This document shows, piece by piece, positions 26,081-37,543 of a DNA stretch of 64,000 nucleotides. Each line of letters begins with the position of its first letter. Position 1 is the first letter of the stretch. Source of the stretch: the human T2T-CHM13v2.0 reference genome, Homo sapiens. The notes beneath the pieces were generated by a model that made no database searches, was not told the DNA's origin, and was given only the letters and a program-made list of their open reading frames with translations. The DNA lies in assembly GCF_009914755.1 (NCBI RefSeq), contig NC_060925.1, one strand, 5' to 3'. Position numbers and translations under genes: made by a program.

Positions 26081-26242
26081 CAGGGTGACCAACCATCTTG
26101 GTTTGTCCAGCACTAAGGGGGTTTCTGGAATGTAGGACTTTCAGTTTTAAAATTCAGACAGTCCCAGGAAAACCCTGGGATGTAAGACTTTAGTGCTGTC
26201 ACCTGGAAAGTCCCAAATAAACAGGAGTAGTTGGTGGTCCTG
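26081..26242 (+). mobile_element. MER94-like hAT DNA transposon with internal duplication
   Basis: CAGGGTGACCAACC terminus, GGACTTTCAG and AAAGTCCC core present twice, decayed opposite TIR. Confidence 0.7.
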
Positions 26243-26904
26243 AGACTGGGTGGCTCATTTTGCTTTCATGCCTACCCTGGCCACTCCTAGGAGGCTTGGC
26301 ACAGGCTCAGACCCTGTGTGTCTTGGTTCCTTAACAGCTTGGGGCCTGGCATCCTCACAGCTGTCCCCTGTTCTCCTCCCAGACTCCCAACTAATGCCTT
26401 CCAGCCTCTGATCAGCACGGATGGTCCCTTTGTGTGGTACCCTGTGTGGCCGAATTCCACCCTTCACTCTGAGCAGAAGCCACTGCTTTGGTACAATCTG
26501 TTGATTTCAAGGGAGGCGTCCAAGTCAAAATAAGGATGAGCAGAAGCCCCTCCCTCCATTGAAGCCCCCATCTCCCTACATGGCTCATTCAACCCCATTC
26601 CATTCACAGCAGATCCTCTGAAGGTGACACCCCTCGAAAAGAGCAGCTGGGTGGTGTGGATGGAACAAGAACAGGAAACAGAAATGAAAATCTGCTGAAC
26701 TCTCTCTGTGGCTGCAGCACCTCATCAATAATCTTTTCAGACCCTGCATGAATTGGTTCATCTCTCTGAGTTTTCAGGCTCCTCGTCTATAAAATGGGTC
26801 AATAAGTGTGCCCGCTTCAGAGGGGTTTGTAAGAACAGACATGTGAAGCCCCAAATGGAGAGTAAGCACTGTAACAGGGCTAGCTGTTCTCATTATTGTT
26901 TTCA

Positions 26905-27562
26905 CTTATTCATTCATCCAGCTATCCTTCTGCCTATCTATTCATCCATCCATCCATCCATCCATCCATCCATCCATCCACATCCATCCATCTGTCCACC
27001 CACCCACCCATCAGTCATTCCACTTATTCATCCACATACTCATCCATCTATCTACCCATCCATCCACCCACTCATCAACTCATCAACTCATCCATCCATC
27101 CATCCATCCATCCATCCTCACATCCATCCATCCATCTACCCACCAATCCATCTACTTATCCACCCATCTACCTATTCATCTATCTACCCATTCATCCACT
27201 CATTCACCTATCCATCCATCAATCCATCCATCCATCCATTCATCCATCCACACATCCATCCATCTATCTACTTATCTAACCACCCACTCATCAATCCATC
27301 CATCCATCCATCCATCCATCCATCCATCCATCCACACATCCATCCATCTATCTACTCATCTAACCACCCATTCATCAACCCATCCATCCATCCATCCATC
27401 CATTCATCCATCCATCCATCCACACATCCATCCATCTACTACTCATCTAACCACCCACCCATCAACCCATCCATCCATCCCTCCATCCATCCATCCATCC
27501 ATCCATTCATCCATCCATCCATCCATCCATCCATCCATCCATCCATCCATCTATCCATTTCA
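26905..27562. repeat. ~660-bp (CATC)n/(TCCA)n compound microsatellite
   Basis: Direct reading. Explains the H/P/S/I-rich pseudo-ORF 26753-27565. Confidence 0.95.
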
Positions 27563-28700
27563 TGAATATTCACCAAAAGGCCGTGTTCCAGGGACTGTTG
27601 GAATAATTATGAACAAGACAGACAAGATTTCTGTCCTCACAGAGACTATATTTTAGTTGGGGGACTGTATTAGTCCATTCTCACGCTGTTATAAGGACAT
27701 AACTGAGACTTCCTAATTTATAAACAAAAAGAGGTTTAATGGACTCACAGTTCCACATGGCTAGGGAGGCCTCACAATCATGGTGGAAGGCAAAGGAGGA
27801 GCAAAGGCATGTCTTACATGGTGGCAGGCAAGAGTGTGTGCAGGGGAACTGCCCTTTATAAAACCATCAGATCTTATGAGACTTATTCACTATCATGAGA
27901 ACAGCACAGGAAAAACTCACCCCCATGATCCAATTACCTCCCACTGGGTCCCTCCCATGACACATGGGGATTATGGGAGCTATGATTCAAGATGAGATTT
28001 GGGTGAGGACACAGCCAAACCACATCAGGGACTAAAAATAAACCAATAAAAAGAGTTACTTCAAGTATGGTGGATATTAGAAAGGAATCAAACAAAGCCA
28101 GGAGGGGGTGTGACAAACATTCTTCTAGATGTACTGAGAACAGGAAGACCAAGAGGAACTGCTTGGGAAGAATGGGGGATGGGAGCCGCACGTTCCAGAT
28201 TGTGGGGCCACATGAGCGTGGCCCTAGGTGGAAAAGAGGTTGGCGAGAAAAGGAGGAATGAGGAGGAGAGAAGAAGCTGATGCTGTTGTAACTGATGGGC
28301 AGAGGGCCCTGGTCAGGAGGTGATCCATAGGCAGACCCTCAGGTGTGGGGGTGCTCGGGTGTGTTCTTCTGCAGTGGGAGCTTTGTGAGGTTGCCACACA
28401 AAGGAGTGGCCAGATCTGAGTTGCTTTAGGAAGATTCTAGGTGGAGAATGGACTGGAAGAGGCAGGTGTAGATGTGAGGGGGCCAATGAGGAGGGTCCTG
28501 TGGTCACATGGAAAAGAAGGGTTGGTTCCCTGGATGAAGATGTGGCATGGAGACAGAGCAGCAGGCTTGAGATGGGGTCTGAAGGGGAGGGATTGGAAGT
28601 GGAGGCTGAGGAAGAGGACGCTGTCAAAGGTCACTCCCAGTTTCCAGGCCAGATGATCGGTGGGTGGAGCTGCCATTGCCAGGGGCCAGGCTGCAGCGGG
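27563..28700 (-). mobile_element. L2 fragments (antisense), split by a THE1 LTR
   Basis: GAACAAGACAGACAAGAT..CTGTCCTCAC.GAG, then CCAGATCTGA..TGCTTTAG and AGCAGCAGGCTTGAGATG-type L2 motifs. Confidence 0.6.
27666..28027 (-). mobile_element. THE1 (B/C-like) solo LTR
   Basis: TGTATTAGTCC...CAGCCAAACCACATCA, with perfect 5-bp TSD GGGAC at 27661-27665 and 28028-28032. Confidence 0.93.
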
Positions 28701-30946
28701 CTGTGTGGAAGAGCTTTGGGGAGCATATGGTGGGCAAGGAGCATTCACCCCGCCTTGTGCTTTCAGGAACCCAGAGACCTCCAGTGGGGACGTCAAGTGC
28801 CCAGGTGGAAATGTGAGTGGACGGTCCCCTCAGGTGAGGTCTCGGGCAGGTGTAAGGGTGGGTCGCGAGCCTGTGTTTATGATGAAGGCACCTCAGAGAT
28901 GTCTGTGTAAGGAAGCGCAGTGTACTCCACATGCGCCATGCCAGTTGGGTGGGCTTATCCCTCCTGCAGTTTTACAGCCCGCTGTGGTGGTGTCTTTTGA
29001 AAGGGGCCGGTCAAGGGGGAACCCATATGGAGAGCTGCACAATACAGCAGTGCAAGGGCATTGGAGGGAGGGAGGGAGGGCTCCTGAAGGAAGTCCCTGT
29101 TCAGGGAGTCTGAAGGCCTCCAAGCATTGGGATGCAGGGTCATCCTCCTCCAGGCAGTGGTGTTAACTTTCGAATTCACCCAGCCAAGGGGCAGTAGGAG
29201 GAGCCCCCTCCCCACAACAATTGCTCTCGGCTGCATGATTCACAACATCAGGGAGAGAACCAGGAGGCGTGCACCAGGCATGCACCCATGCACTTGGCAT
29301 GCAGCGTGCAGGTGTTGTGGCCTCACCAGCATGTGGGCTTAGGACCCCCAAACTGGCCCTGCTGAGGAGGGGAGATGGCCATGAGGATGAGGGACTCACC
29401 TCCTCTCCCCAGGAAACATGATAAGAGAGACAGCTCACTCTGAGGCAGAGCTGACAGCTCCCTGCAGACACCATGAGCAAATCCCTGAGCCGTCAGGGAA
29501 ACAGGCCAGGACCACTCTGCCATACATGGCTCCTACAGGGAATGTGTTCTGAGTTCCAAGCACTTGCTGACACTGCATTTGCGGCTGAGCATGGAGTGGT
29601 GAATGAGGAGGGGGTGGGCATTATCTGTGCAGGACCTGGGATGGTGGGGAAAGAAAGGACGTTGCTCGTGTGTCTCCTGGGACTGGGCCTCCAAGATCCC
29701 CCCCTACCCGTGGCAAGGAGTGGGACTGGGGAGGGGATGGCCTACAGCTCGCCCTTCAGAGTATACATGGAAATAATTATGTTACTGAGCAAACATCGCC
29801 CCAAATAAAAGCAATGAATTTGTCCTACGGAGGATTTTATAGGGAACATGAGCTAAAGGCAACATTCTAAGTGGTTGTCAGGGGAAAAAGACAATAAAGC
29901 CTGCAATTAGGTATCTAAGACTCTTCCAAAATGCCAAATCAGATTCTTCGAATTCCTAAAGATTTCTAATGTCCAATTCTGACCTGCTGGGCCAATGCGA
30001 ATGTCCCATCGATGTTAAATGCATCTCCCTTCTTATCTCCAGGGAGTTTATTTTCACAACAGATGCTCCCAGAAGTGATAAATACATGGATTGATTTTTC
30101 CACTTGTGTTTTCCAGCCGATTGTCTTTTCAGAAGAATGATAAAACATTCTGGGACAACAATCCCAGTCTCCTGAATTACTCCAATTGCCTGAAGTTGTC
30201 TTTATCCAAGCAGGTTCTCTTCCCTTTTGTGGTCCTGGAGGGCTTGGGACTGGGGAAAGCTGCTCCCTGGCCTGCAGATTGCCGATTGCTAGACCAGGTG
30301 GCCAGGACTTCATGGAGCATCCTGGATGCTATCATGCTTTCTCCCCTGGCAAAGATGGCCCCGCTCTACTCCAGACTAAACAAGGGCGGAACACACCCTA
30401 CCTCCCTTGGATTGTGCCCCTAGGCCCCAGGATTTGGGTCATTTCTCTCCCAGGCCATGCTTTCCCGACCCAATGCCTCTGGCTGGATGTTAAAAGCAAC
30501 AAGTCAACACACACATCAACCAAGAGGACTTTATTCTCCATCCTGCCTGATAAATCCTTTTGCCTGGGGCTTCATCTTTGAATTAGTGTCTTCTGGAAAA
30601 AAAGAAAAAAGCAAGCAGAAGCCTGACCAAGCAGCTGTAAACAAGTCATTCCCCATTTGCGGTGTTGGGCTACAGCTGAAGTTTCTGTCTACACATCGGG
30701 TGGAGGGGGAAAGGCTGATGGATGGAGTTGGGGGAGAGTGGGGCGAGGCCAGGTCAGGGAGTCCAAGTGGGCCCTGCCTGGGGTGAAACTTGCACCCTTC
30801 TCCTGGAAGAGTCAGCGCGGCTCATCCTGTCCCTTCCTCCTTCCCTCTTCCAGAAATATGGCTTTGCCCGAGGTTCATGGCGGTCCACCCTGACCACCCT
30901 GCAAGGTGTGTGCATCATGTGGGTGACACAGTTGGGGACAGGTGTG

Positions 30947-31505
30947 TTGTAATGAGGTCAGGATTTGTTTTAATCAGGTTTGGTAAGATACACAGACATG
31001 GAAAAGACCTGTGAAGGAGGAAGTTCTTTATACTCGCAGATCCCTGGAAACAGGAGGCACCGTGTACCAGGTGGGGCCACGTGGGGAAGCACTAGTGTGG
31101 GCCAGGAGGCTAGCGGGGAGGAAGTGGACAGCACCACTGTTCCTATTGTTTCTGTGGGAACGAATGGGTGAGGCAGTGTAGGCGGGCTCAGGAAAGGCTC
31201 GTGTGGATAATTCCTGCTGGCTCTGGGGAGAGAGGCTGGCTCTGGGGAGAGAGGCTGTCCCTAGCTATCTGGCACCTGGCCTGGGGTGACTAGGGCAGGT
31301 GGATGGTGGCCCTGGGGGGAGACCCTGATAGAGGAGGTGGTGGGTTGTGGGCTCTGGGTGGGTTGGTAGGAAAGGTGGCCTCCCAGGCCATTCCTTTACT
31401 ACCTCTAGGAATTGGCCAGCCCTGGGAGGGGCAGTTCCTCCAGGGTCAGTAAGACCCCAGAGGTCAAAGCGTCAGAAACACAGAAAATTAAAAGCATGGT
31501 GGAAG
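30947..31505 (-). mobile_element. ERVL-class solo LTR (LTR47/MER76-like)
   Basis: CTCTAGGAATTGGCCAGCCCTGGGAGGGGCAG..CCAGGGTCAG.AAGACCCCAGA.GTCAAAGC. Contains a 19-bp tandem duplication at 31216-31253. Subfamily uncertain. Confidence 0.7.
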
Positions 31506-32810
31506 ATTGAAGAAATATAGCATCATCTTCCTTTCACCAAGCATACATGACAGACCAGGCGTTTTTCAAATATTCACTCACTTAATTTGTGCCATAGCCC
31601 TGAGAGGTGGGAATTATACCCGTGCACAGACGGAGAAGCTGAGGCTCAGAGAGCTTCAGTGCATTGTCTGTGGTCATGGAGCTGAAGTGGCCCCAAGGGG
31701 TCTGTACCAGGTCTGGTCCCTGACCCTCACGGGCCCCAGCCAGTGACCCTCACCAAGGCCCTGGATGGGAAATTCTGTCTCCCGTCTCCTGCTCAGGCCC
31801 CATCCCTGTCCCACTAGGGACTGAGCAGTGCTAAATTGATTGATTGATCCATTGATCAGTTCATTCCATGATAGGCACTGAAGGGCTTCCAGTGCTGGGT
31901 TCAGATGACAGCCACTCAGGGAAACAGAGGCGGACTGTGAAAGAAACAGACCCTTGCCTGCTAGTGCTGGCAGGGACCCTGGCCTGTAGAAATAGGTGGC
32001 GTGGCCTCCACGGAAGCCAACACATAATCTGTTGTTAGATAGATGTGTGCTTTTAAGTGCAAGAGAATGGGATTGTCTCATTCATGGGAAGCCAGGCGTG
32101 GATGTGATGCAGATGTCTTCCCTGCGGGCTCTGCCTCCTGCAGGTGTGGCATAGATGGATGGGCTGTGTCGGGAAAAAAGGCACCTGAGGCCTCTGAGGC
32201 ACAGCTGGGGCTGAGCCCGTGGCTGCTAGAATCATTTCCAATCTCCTCCCATTTATCACCTGGCATCGGCATGTTCGAGTATTTATTTATTGTATGTATT
32301 CATGTTCTGGAATTTCACCCTGTGTGCTGTGGGAACTTCCCCCCTCCCCACAATCCAGTGAGAGAAAGGGCAGTCCCAGGACTGCTGGCCTTGGGGGCAG
32401 GGCACCCACAGGGTGTGCACGGGGGCTTCCAGTCTTGCATCTTGTCCTGAGCTGCACAGCTGAGTTAGGACGGAGGAAAAGCAACAGGCCTTGCTCTCCC
32501 CTCTGCCCCGAAGCAATGCCTGGGCCAGGACCTCCTCTCAGCTTCCCTTCAGGAACCACCTCCTGGCCAGAGTCCTTCCCACAATGGGGACAGGGGCAGA
32601 GGCTCAGGAGGGGCCACAGTAGCTGCTCTGGGGTGCGACAAACCACTGATGTCACTGCTGGTCACTGAGACAGAGCCGTGGCCCCTCTGGATGAACACTG
32701 AACCTTCAAGGGAAGGGACTTGGGGATGCGGAGCTCTGGGCAGGTGGGGGCATCTTTTGCTGAGTAATTCCGCAAAAACCCCAGCCCCCATGGCTGTGTG
32801 CAGAGAAATC

Positions 32811-32937
32811 TGTATCTGTAGTAAAGATGGGATTTCACCATCTTGGCCAGGCTGGTTTTGAACTGCTGACCTTGTGATCCACCCGCCTCAGCCTCCCAAA
32901 GTGCTGGGATTACAGGCGTGAACCACCACGGCTGGCC
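32811..32937 (-). mobile_element. Alu left-arm remnant
   Basis: TAGTAAAGATGGGATTTCACC...GGGATTACAGGCGTGAACCACCACGGCTGGCC. Right arm and tail absent. Confidence 0.85.
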
Positions 32938-33030
32938 TGCACCAGCCACATTTCAAGTACTCAGTAGTTAGATGTGTAGTGCAGAGAATGTTTCCATGGT
33001 TCCGGAAAGTTCTATGGGGCAGCAGGGCCG
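32938..33030 (-). mobile_element. MER3-like DNA transposon half
   Basis: AGCCACATTTCAAGTACTCAGTAG...GAAAGTTCTATGGGGCAGC. Confidence 0.65.
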
Positions 33031-33299
33031 TCTATACCTCACTTACATAGTAAGTTTATTGTTTATATCCTCAACTGGAACATGAGCCACCCATGAGGAC
33101 AGAAATTATCATCTGGTTTGTCCACAGCTATGTTTCTGGCTCTAGAAAAGTCTCTGGCATCCAGTAGACTCTCATAGGTGTCTTTCGAAAGGATGACCAT
33201 GCAGCTGGGATGAGCTTAGACCTGCCTTCAAGATGCTCCCCTTCGTGTCCCTCCACGTCCCCTGCAGCACCCCTGCAGTAACACTGGACAGACAGCCCT

Positions 33300-33684
33300 C
33301 ATTTCTGCAGGGCCCCATGGGTGTTGCTCTCCCAGTGTTCAGCAGACCTCCTCCTGCAGTGGTGATGGGGCATCCCTGCTGGCCAGAGGTTAGGTGTGGC
33401 TGTGGGACTTGCGTGGCTGGTGTGTAAGTGGCAGTGACCTGGCTCAGCTCCAGGTGGAAGCGCAAAGGGCCAGGGTGTGATTTGCTTTCCTTTGCTTCCC
33501 TGGGCCACTGCCATGTGGCTGGCATGACCCAGATAGGGGCTGCTCCATTGTTGGCAGAATGGGATCCCCTGCCCTGCAGACTCACAGTGGAAAAGTGGAA
33601 TAAGAAATGTCTCTCATGTCAAAGCCACTGAGATTTGGGGGATGTTTGTTATGCACCTCAACCTAGTCCTCCATGACCAGTACA
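33300..33684 (+). mobile_element. MLT1H/I-type LTR
   Basis: AAAGCCACTGAGATTTGGGGGATGTTTGTTA...TGACCAGTACA 3' end. Confidence 0.65.
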
Positions 33685-33910
33685 AGTGCTTACTCTGAGC
33701 CCAGCACCAAGAGCTTCCACACTGTGAGGGGCATTCTCTGGTGACCAGTCCCATGGCAGGTGGGTAAACTGAGGCTCACAGAGTCTCGGTGATAGCCTAA
33801 GGTTAGATCCTTGTGCTCCTCCTGCCTCTCCCTGCTGCTGCTCCTCCATGGCCTCATTTCCTCATCCGACTACAAGCTCCAAGCCGAAGTAAGGTCCGTG
33901 TTGTAATCAT

Positions 33911-34265
33911 TTCTATTCTATTCTATTCTATTCTATTCTGTTCTGTTCTGTTCTGTTCCGTTCCGTTCCGTTCCGTTCCGTTCCGTTCCGCTCCGTTCCG
34001 TTCCGTTCCGTTCTGTTCGATTCCGTTGGATTCCATCCCATGCCATTCCATTCCATTTGATTCCATTCCGTTCCATTCCATTGCATTCCATTCCATTCCA
34101 TTCCATTCGAGTACATTCCATTCCATTCCATTCCATTCTACTCCACTCCACCCGACCCCACCCCACCCCACCCCACCCCACCCCACCCCACCCCACCCCA
34201 CCCCACTCCATTCCATTCCATTCCATTCCATTCCATTCCATTCCATTCCATTCCATTCCATTCCA
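33911..34265. repeat. Compound pentanucleotide array (TTCTA/TTCTG/TTCCG/TTCCA/CCCCA)
   Basis: 71 consecutive in-register pentamers, read directly. Confidence 0.97.
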
Positions 34266-35539
34266 TTCTTCCACATCCCCGGAGCTGCACTTGAGGCTGG
34301 ATTGCATGAGGAGCTGGAAGCAAGTTAGAGGACATTCAGGAGCTGCAGTGAGGGCTGCTACTGCAGCCAGTTCCTGGCCGGGGGCTGGCGTCTCCCTCCA
34401 CTCACTGTGGGACTGGCAGATATGACACCCCAGCTGCGGAGGCTGCCGGGCGCTGGGTGGGGCACAGTTGCAGAAGGCTGTGGACTCTCCCACTGGGGGA
34501 GTTTCTTTCCCTGGCACCCACGTTGCCGTTTTCTGGTGCTCTTTTTTTTCACTGGATTCCCATGGACTCCGAGGGGCAGTGGTCTCAACTGCATATTCTT
34601 CATGCACAGACTTTGCAGTGCCCCTTGTATCCCATTAGTTCTGACCTGCCCTTTTTCTCTCCTTCCCCTTCCCTTTCACACACTAGGTTAACATCACAAT
34701 TCAAGACTAGTAAACAGTCTGCATCCTCAAGCAGTATCTTTTCTGCATTCTGCTCTTGGATGGAGTGAAAGCATTCATTATCAGCTTGATGTTTAAACAT
34801 TTCCCCCTTCCCTGGCACTGAATCTGTCAGCATCAACACTCACCCAGGAAGCATGCAGGTTCCCTCCGTGGCTGTGCTGGTCTCATTCCCAGTGAATGGG
34901 GACTTGGTCAGGCCTGGAGTGCTCAGATCCCCCCGGGGATGTGGGGATGTGGCACACTTTGCTTTGTAAAGTCCACCGAGCCATTGCATGCCCCGCTCCC
35001 TTCTCCACAACCTGGAATACTCTGAACATCCACCTGAGGTCCCTCAAAGTAGGGACTGGCCTGAGTGAGCTCCAGGCAGGATGGCGTGTTCCGAGCAAGG
35101 AGAGAGAAAGCTTGTGTTCTTCGAGATTTTCCCCAAGGCAGGCTGGTGTCCACTGGAGCAGGCCCAGCCCCCACCTTGCAGTCTTCCCATCCTCAGAACA
35201 TCTCTTCCCCAGGGCCTCATGGGCTGAGTATCCCCAAGGGCAGAGAGTTTCCTTTCCCTCATTGTGGAAACTCCTGGAGAGCTCCCTGATGGTCTGATCA
35301 AAGGACTCAGCACTCTGCAAACTGCACAGGTGCACACAGTTGCCTAAAGAACACAGGGCTTTGTGGAACCCTTGTGCACAGTCACTGGCCTGCAAAGGAT
35401 GTGGGGCTTTGTTGGGGTCCTGTGGCCCATCCAGTGAGAGTTCCCAGTCTACAGGGATCACATCCAAGTGTAGGACCCTCTGCCTGCTGTTACTTTCTGT
35501 TCATCCATCCCCCAAATCCCACACTTGTGTGAGGATGTA

Positions 35540-35542
<3 letters not shown>

Positions 35543-35575
<33 letters not shown>
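35543..35575. repeat. (GT)n microsatellite
   Basis: Direct reading. Confidence 0.95.
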
Positions 35576-35576
<1 letters not shown>

Positions 35577-36529
35577 ATGGCCAGAGTCCAAGGGGAAAAC
35601 ATGCAAAGACACCTCAGCTGAAGACTAGAATAATTGTACATTACCCACCCCAGCTGCAGGAGGTGTGCTCTGGATGTGGAATTTGCTTCTGTGACTAAGA
35701 TGGGAGGCGAGCCCCCGACAAGCTGGCTCCCCACCTGAGTGGACTGTGACTCAGAACCAGGCATGGAGGAAAAACATCTAGCCCAGTAGAGTGGGCAGTC
35801 TCCAAGGCTGTCAGAAAGAACCCAGGATGAATCTTCGCCACCCCACGGCTTCCTCTTCTTCCTGGCTCCTGCAGACATGGAGGCTGTTGTTGGGGAGGGC
35901 TCTGGCCACCTGATCTGTGGCTTCCATATCTGTCGTGGGATTTGAAGGCCTCCAGTGATGTGGCAAAGAGCAAAAGGGAGGAAGAAAGGGGCCTGAGATG
36001 CTTCCCCCAGCAAGGTTCCTGGGCAGGGAAGCTGTGGCCCTGGGCTTCCACCTGGCTGAGCTGTGAATAGACGGAAATGGAAGATGAGGGAATTGAGGGA
36101 GGACCTACTGTGGTGGTCACAAGGCCAGGCCCGAGGCAAGAGCTGGCCAAGCTCCCTGCTTGGGGGAGTGGCCAGGATGCTATGGGGGAGGGAGAAACTG
36201 CAGAGAATTGTCCCCTGGGGCTGGGTCAGGGTCCAAATAACTTACAGGATCATAGGAGGGCTGAGGGTCCAGGCTGGGTGTCCAGGCCCCAGCCTCTAAG
36301 TCCCTCTGCAGCAAGGAGAGCCAAGGCATCCCCATCTGGTGATGATCAGAAAGGTGGGTCCATGGCGGCCAGCTCCCGTACCAGCCTCTAGTCTGTGCCA
36401 CAACATGGCCCTCAGGCTCTGCTGCCCTCTAAGCTGACTGAGGACCACAGGATCTAGACATCTGACCAAAGCACCAAATCTCTCCTAAATCTCCCTCTGA
36501 GCCCTGGTCAGGCAGGGGGTGCTCAGACC

Positions 36530-37035
36530 AATGCAGGGCACACAAGCCCCAAACTGGGGCTTAGCCTGGGAGGGTTTTTGGCTTCATTCAGGAAAGAATT
36601 CAAGAATGGCTGGTGGTGGACGAAAACATCTTTATTGAGGCCGCCACATTCCAGCTCCATGATTGAGGCCACCACATTCCAGCTTCATGACTGCTCCTGC
36701 AGGGCTGGGCTACCCCACAGGCACTGTGCTGGGAGCAACAGCGCAAGGACAGCACTGCAGGTATATTTATACCCACTGTTAGTTACATGCAAATTTAGGG
36801 TCAGATTATGCATACGTTTTTAGAAAAATGGTAGTAACTTCCTGGTCATTGGATCCTTGCTATGGAAAGGGGAGGTAATGTTCAGGTGTTGCCATGGCAA
36901 CAGTAAACTGACATGGCACACTGGTGGGCATGGCTTATGGAAAGTGGCTTCCAACTCGTTTTTGTTTTAGCTAGTCCTCAATCTGGTCTGGTGCTTGAGC
37001 CCTGCCTATGAAGTTGAGTCCTGCCTCCCACCTCA
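36530..37035 (-). mobile_element. MER66-like ERV1 solo LTR
   Basis: Reverse complement begins TGAGGTGGGAGGCAGGACTCAAC and contains TTGAGGACTAGCTAAAAC and GTGTGCCATGTCAGTTTAC. 28-bp tandem duplication at 36634-36689. Confidence 0.8.
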
Positions 37036-37188
37036 AGACCACCCAGGCGTGCAGGGGTGTGGAAACCTGCAAGGGGGTTTCCAGGCCTCACAGTGGGGAT
37101 GCTAGGGAGAAGGTGCCAAGCCATGGGCTTGGGTCTTCCTGCCCTGCCAGGCAGAATGGATGCTGAAGCAGCTGATGGGCTTCATGCA

Positions 37189-37543
37189 TGTATTAGTCTG
37201 TTTTCATTCTGCTGATAAAGTTATACCTGAGACTGGTAATTTATAAAGAAAAAGAGGTTTAATGGACTCACACTTCCACATGGCTGGGGAGGCCTCAAAA
37301 TCATGGTGGAAGGTGAAAGGCACATCTTACATGGCAGCAGACAAGAGAGAATAAGAACCAAGACCACCACCCTTATAAAACCATGAGATCTTGTGAGACT
37401 TACTCACTGCCATGAGAACAGCATGGGGGAAACCGCCCCTATGGTTCAATTATCTTCCATCAGATCCCTCCAACAAGACGTGGGAATTATGGGAGCTACA
37501 ATTCAAGATGAGATTTGGGTGGGGACACAGCCAAACAATATCA
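37189..37543 (-). mobile_element. THE1B-like solo LTR
   Basis: TGTATTAGTCTG...GGGGACACAGCCAAACAATATCA. Confidence 0.92.

Noticed and set aside
26753-27565. 270-aa ORF, the longest in the window
   Set aside because: It is a translation of the (CATC)n microsatellite and MIR, with HPSI-type repeats and no coding signature.
33813-34607. Overlapping ORFs of 117-224 aa (MEWNG/IPFHS repeats)
   Set aside because: These are artefacts of the stop-poor pentamer array.
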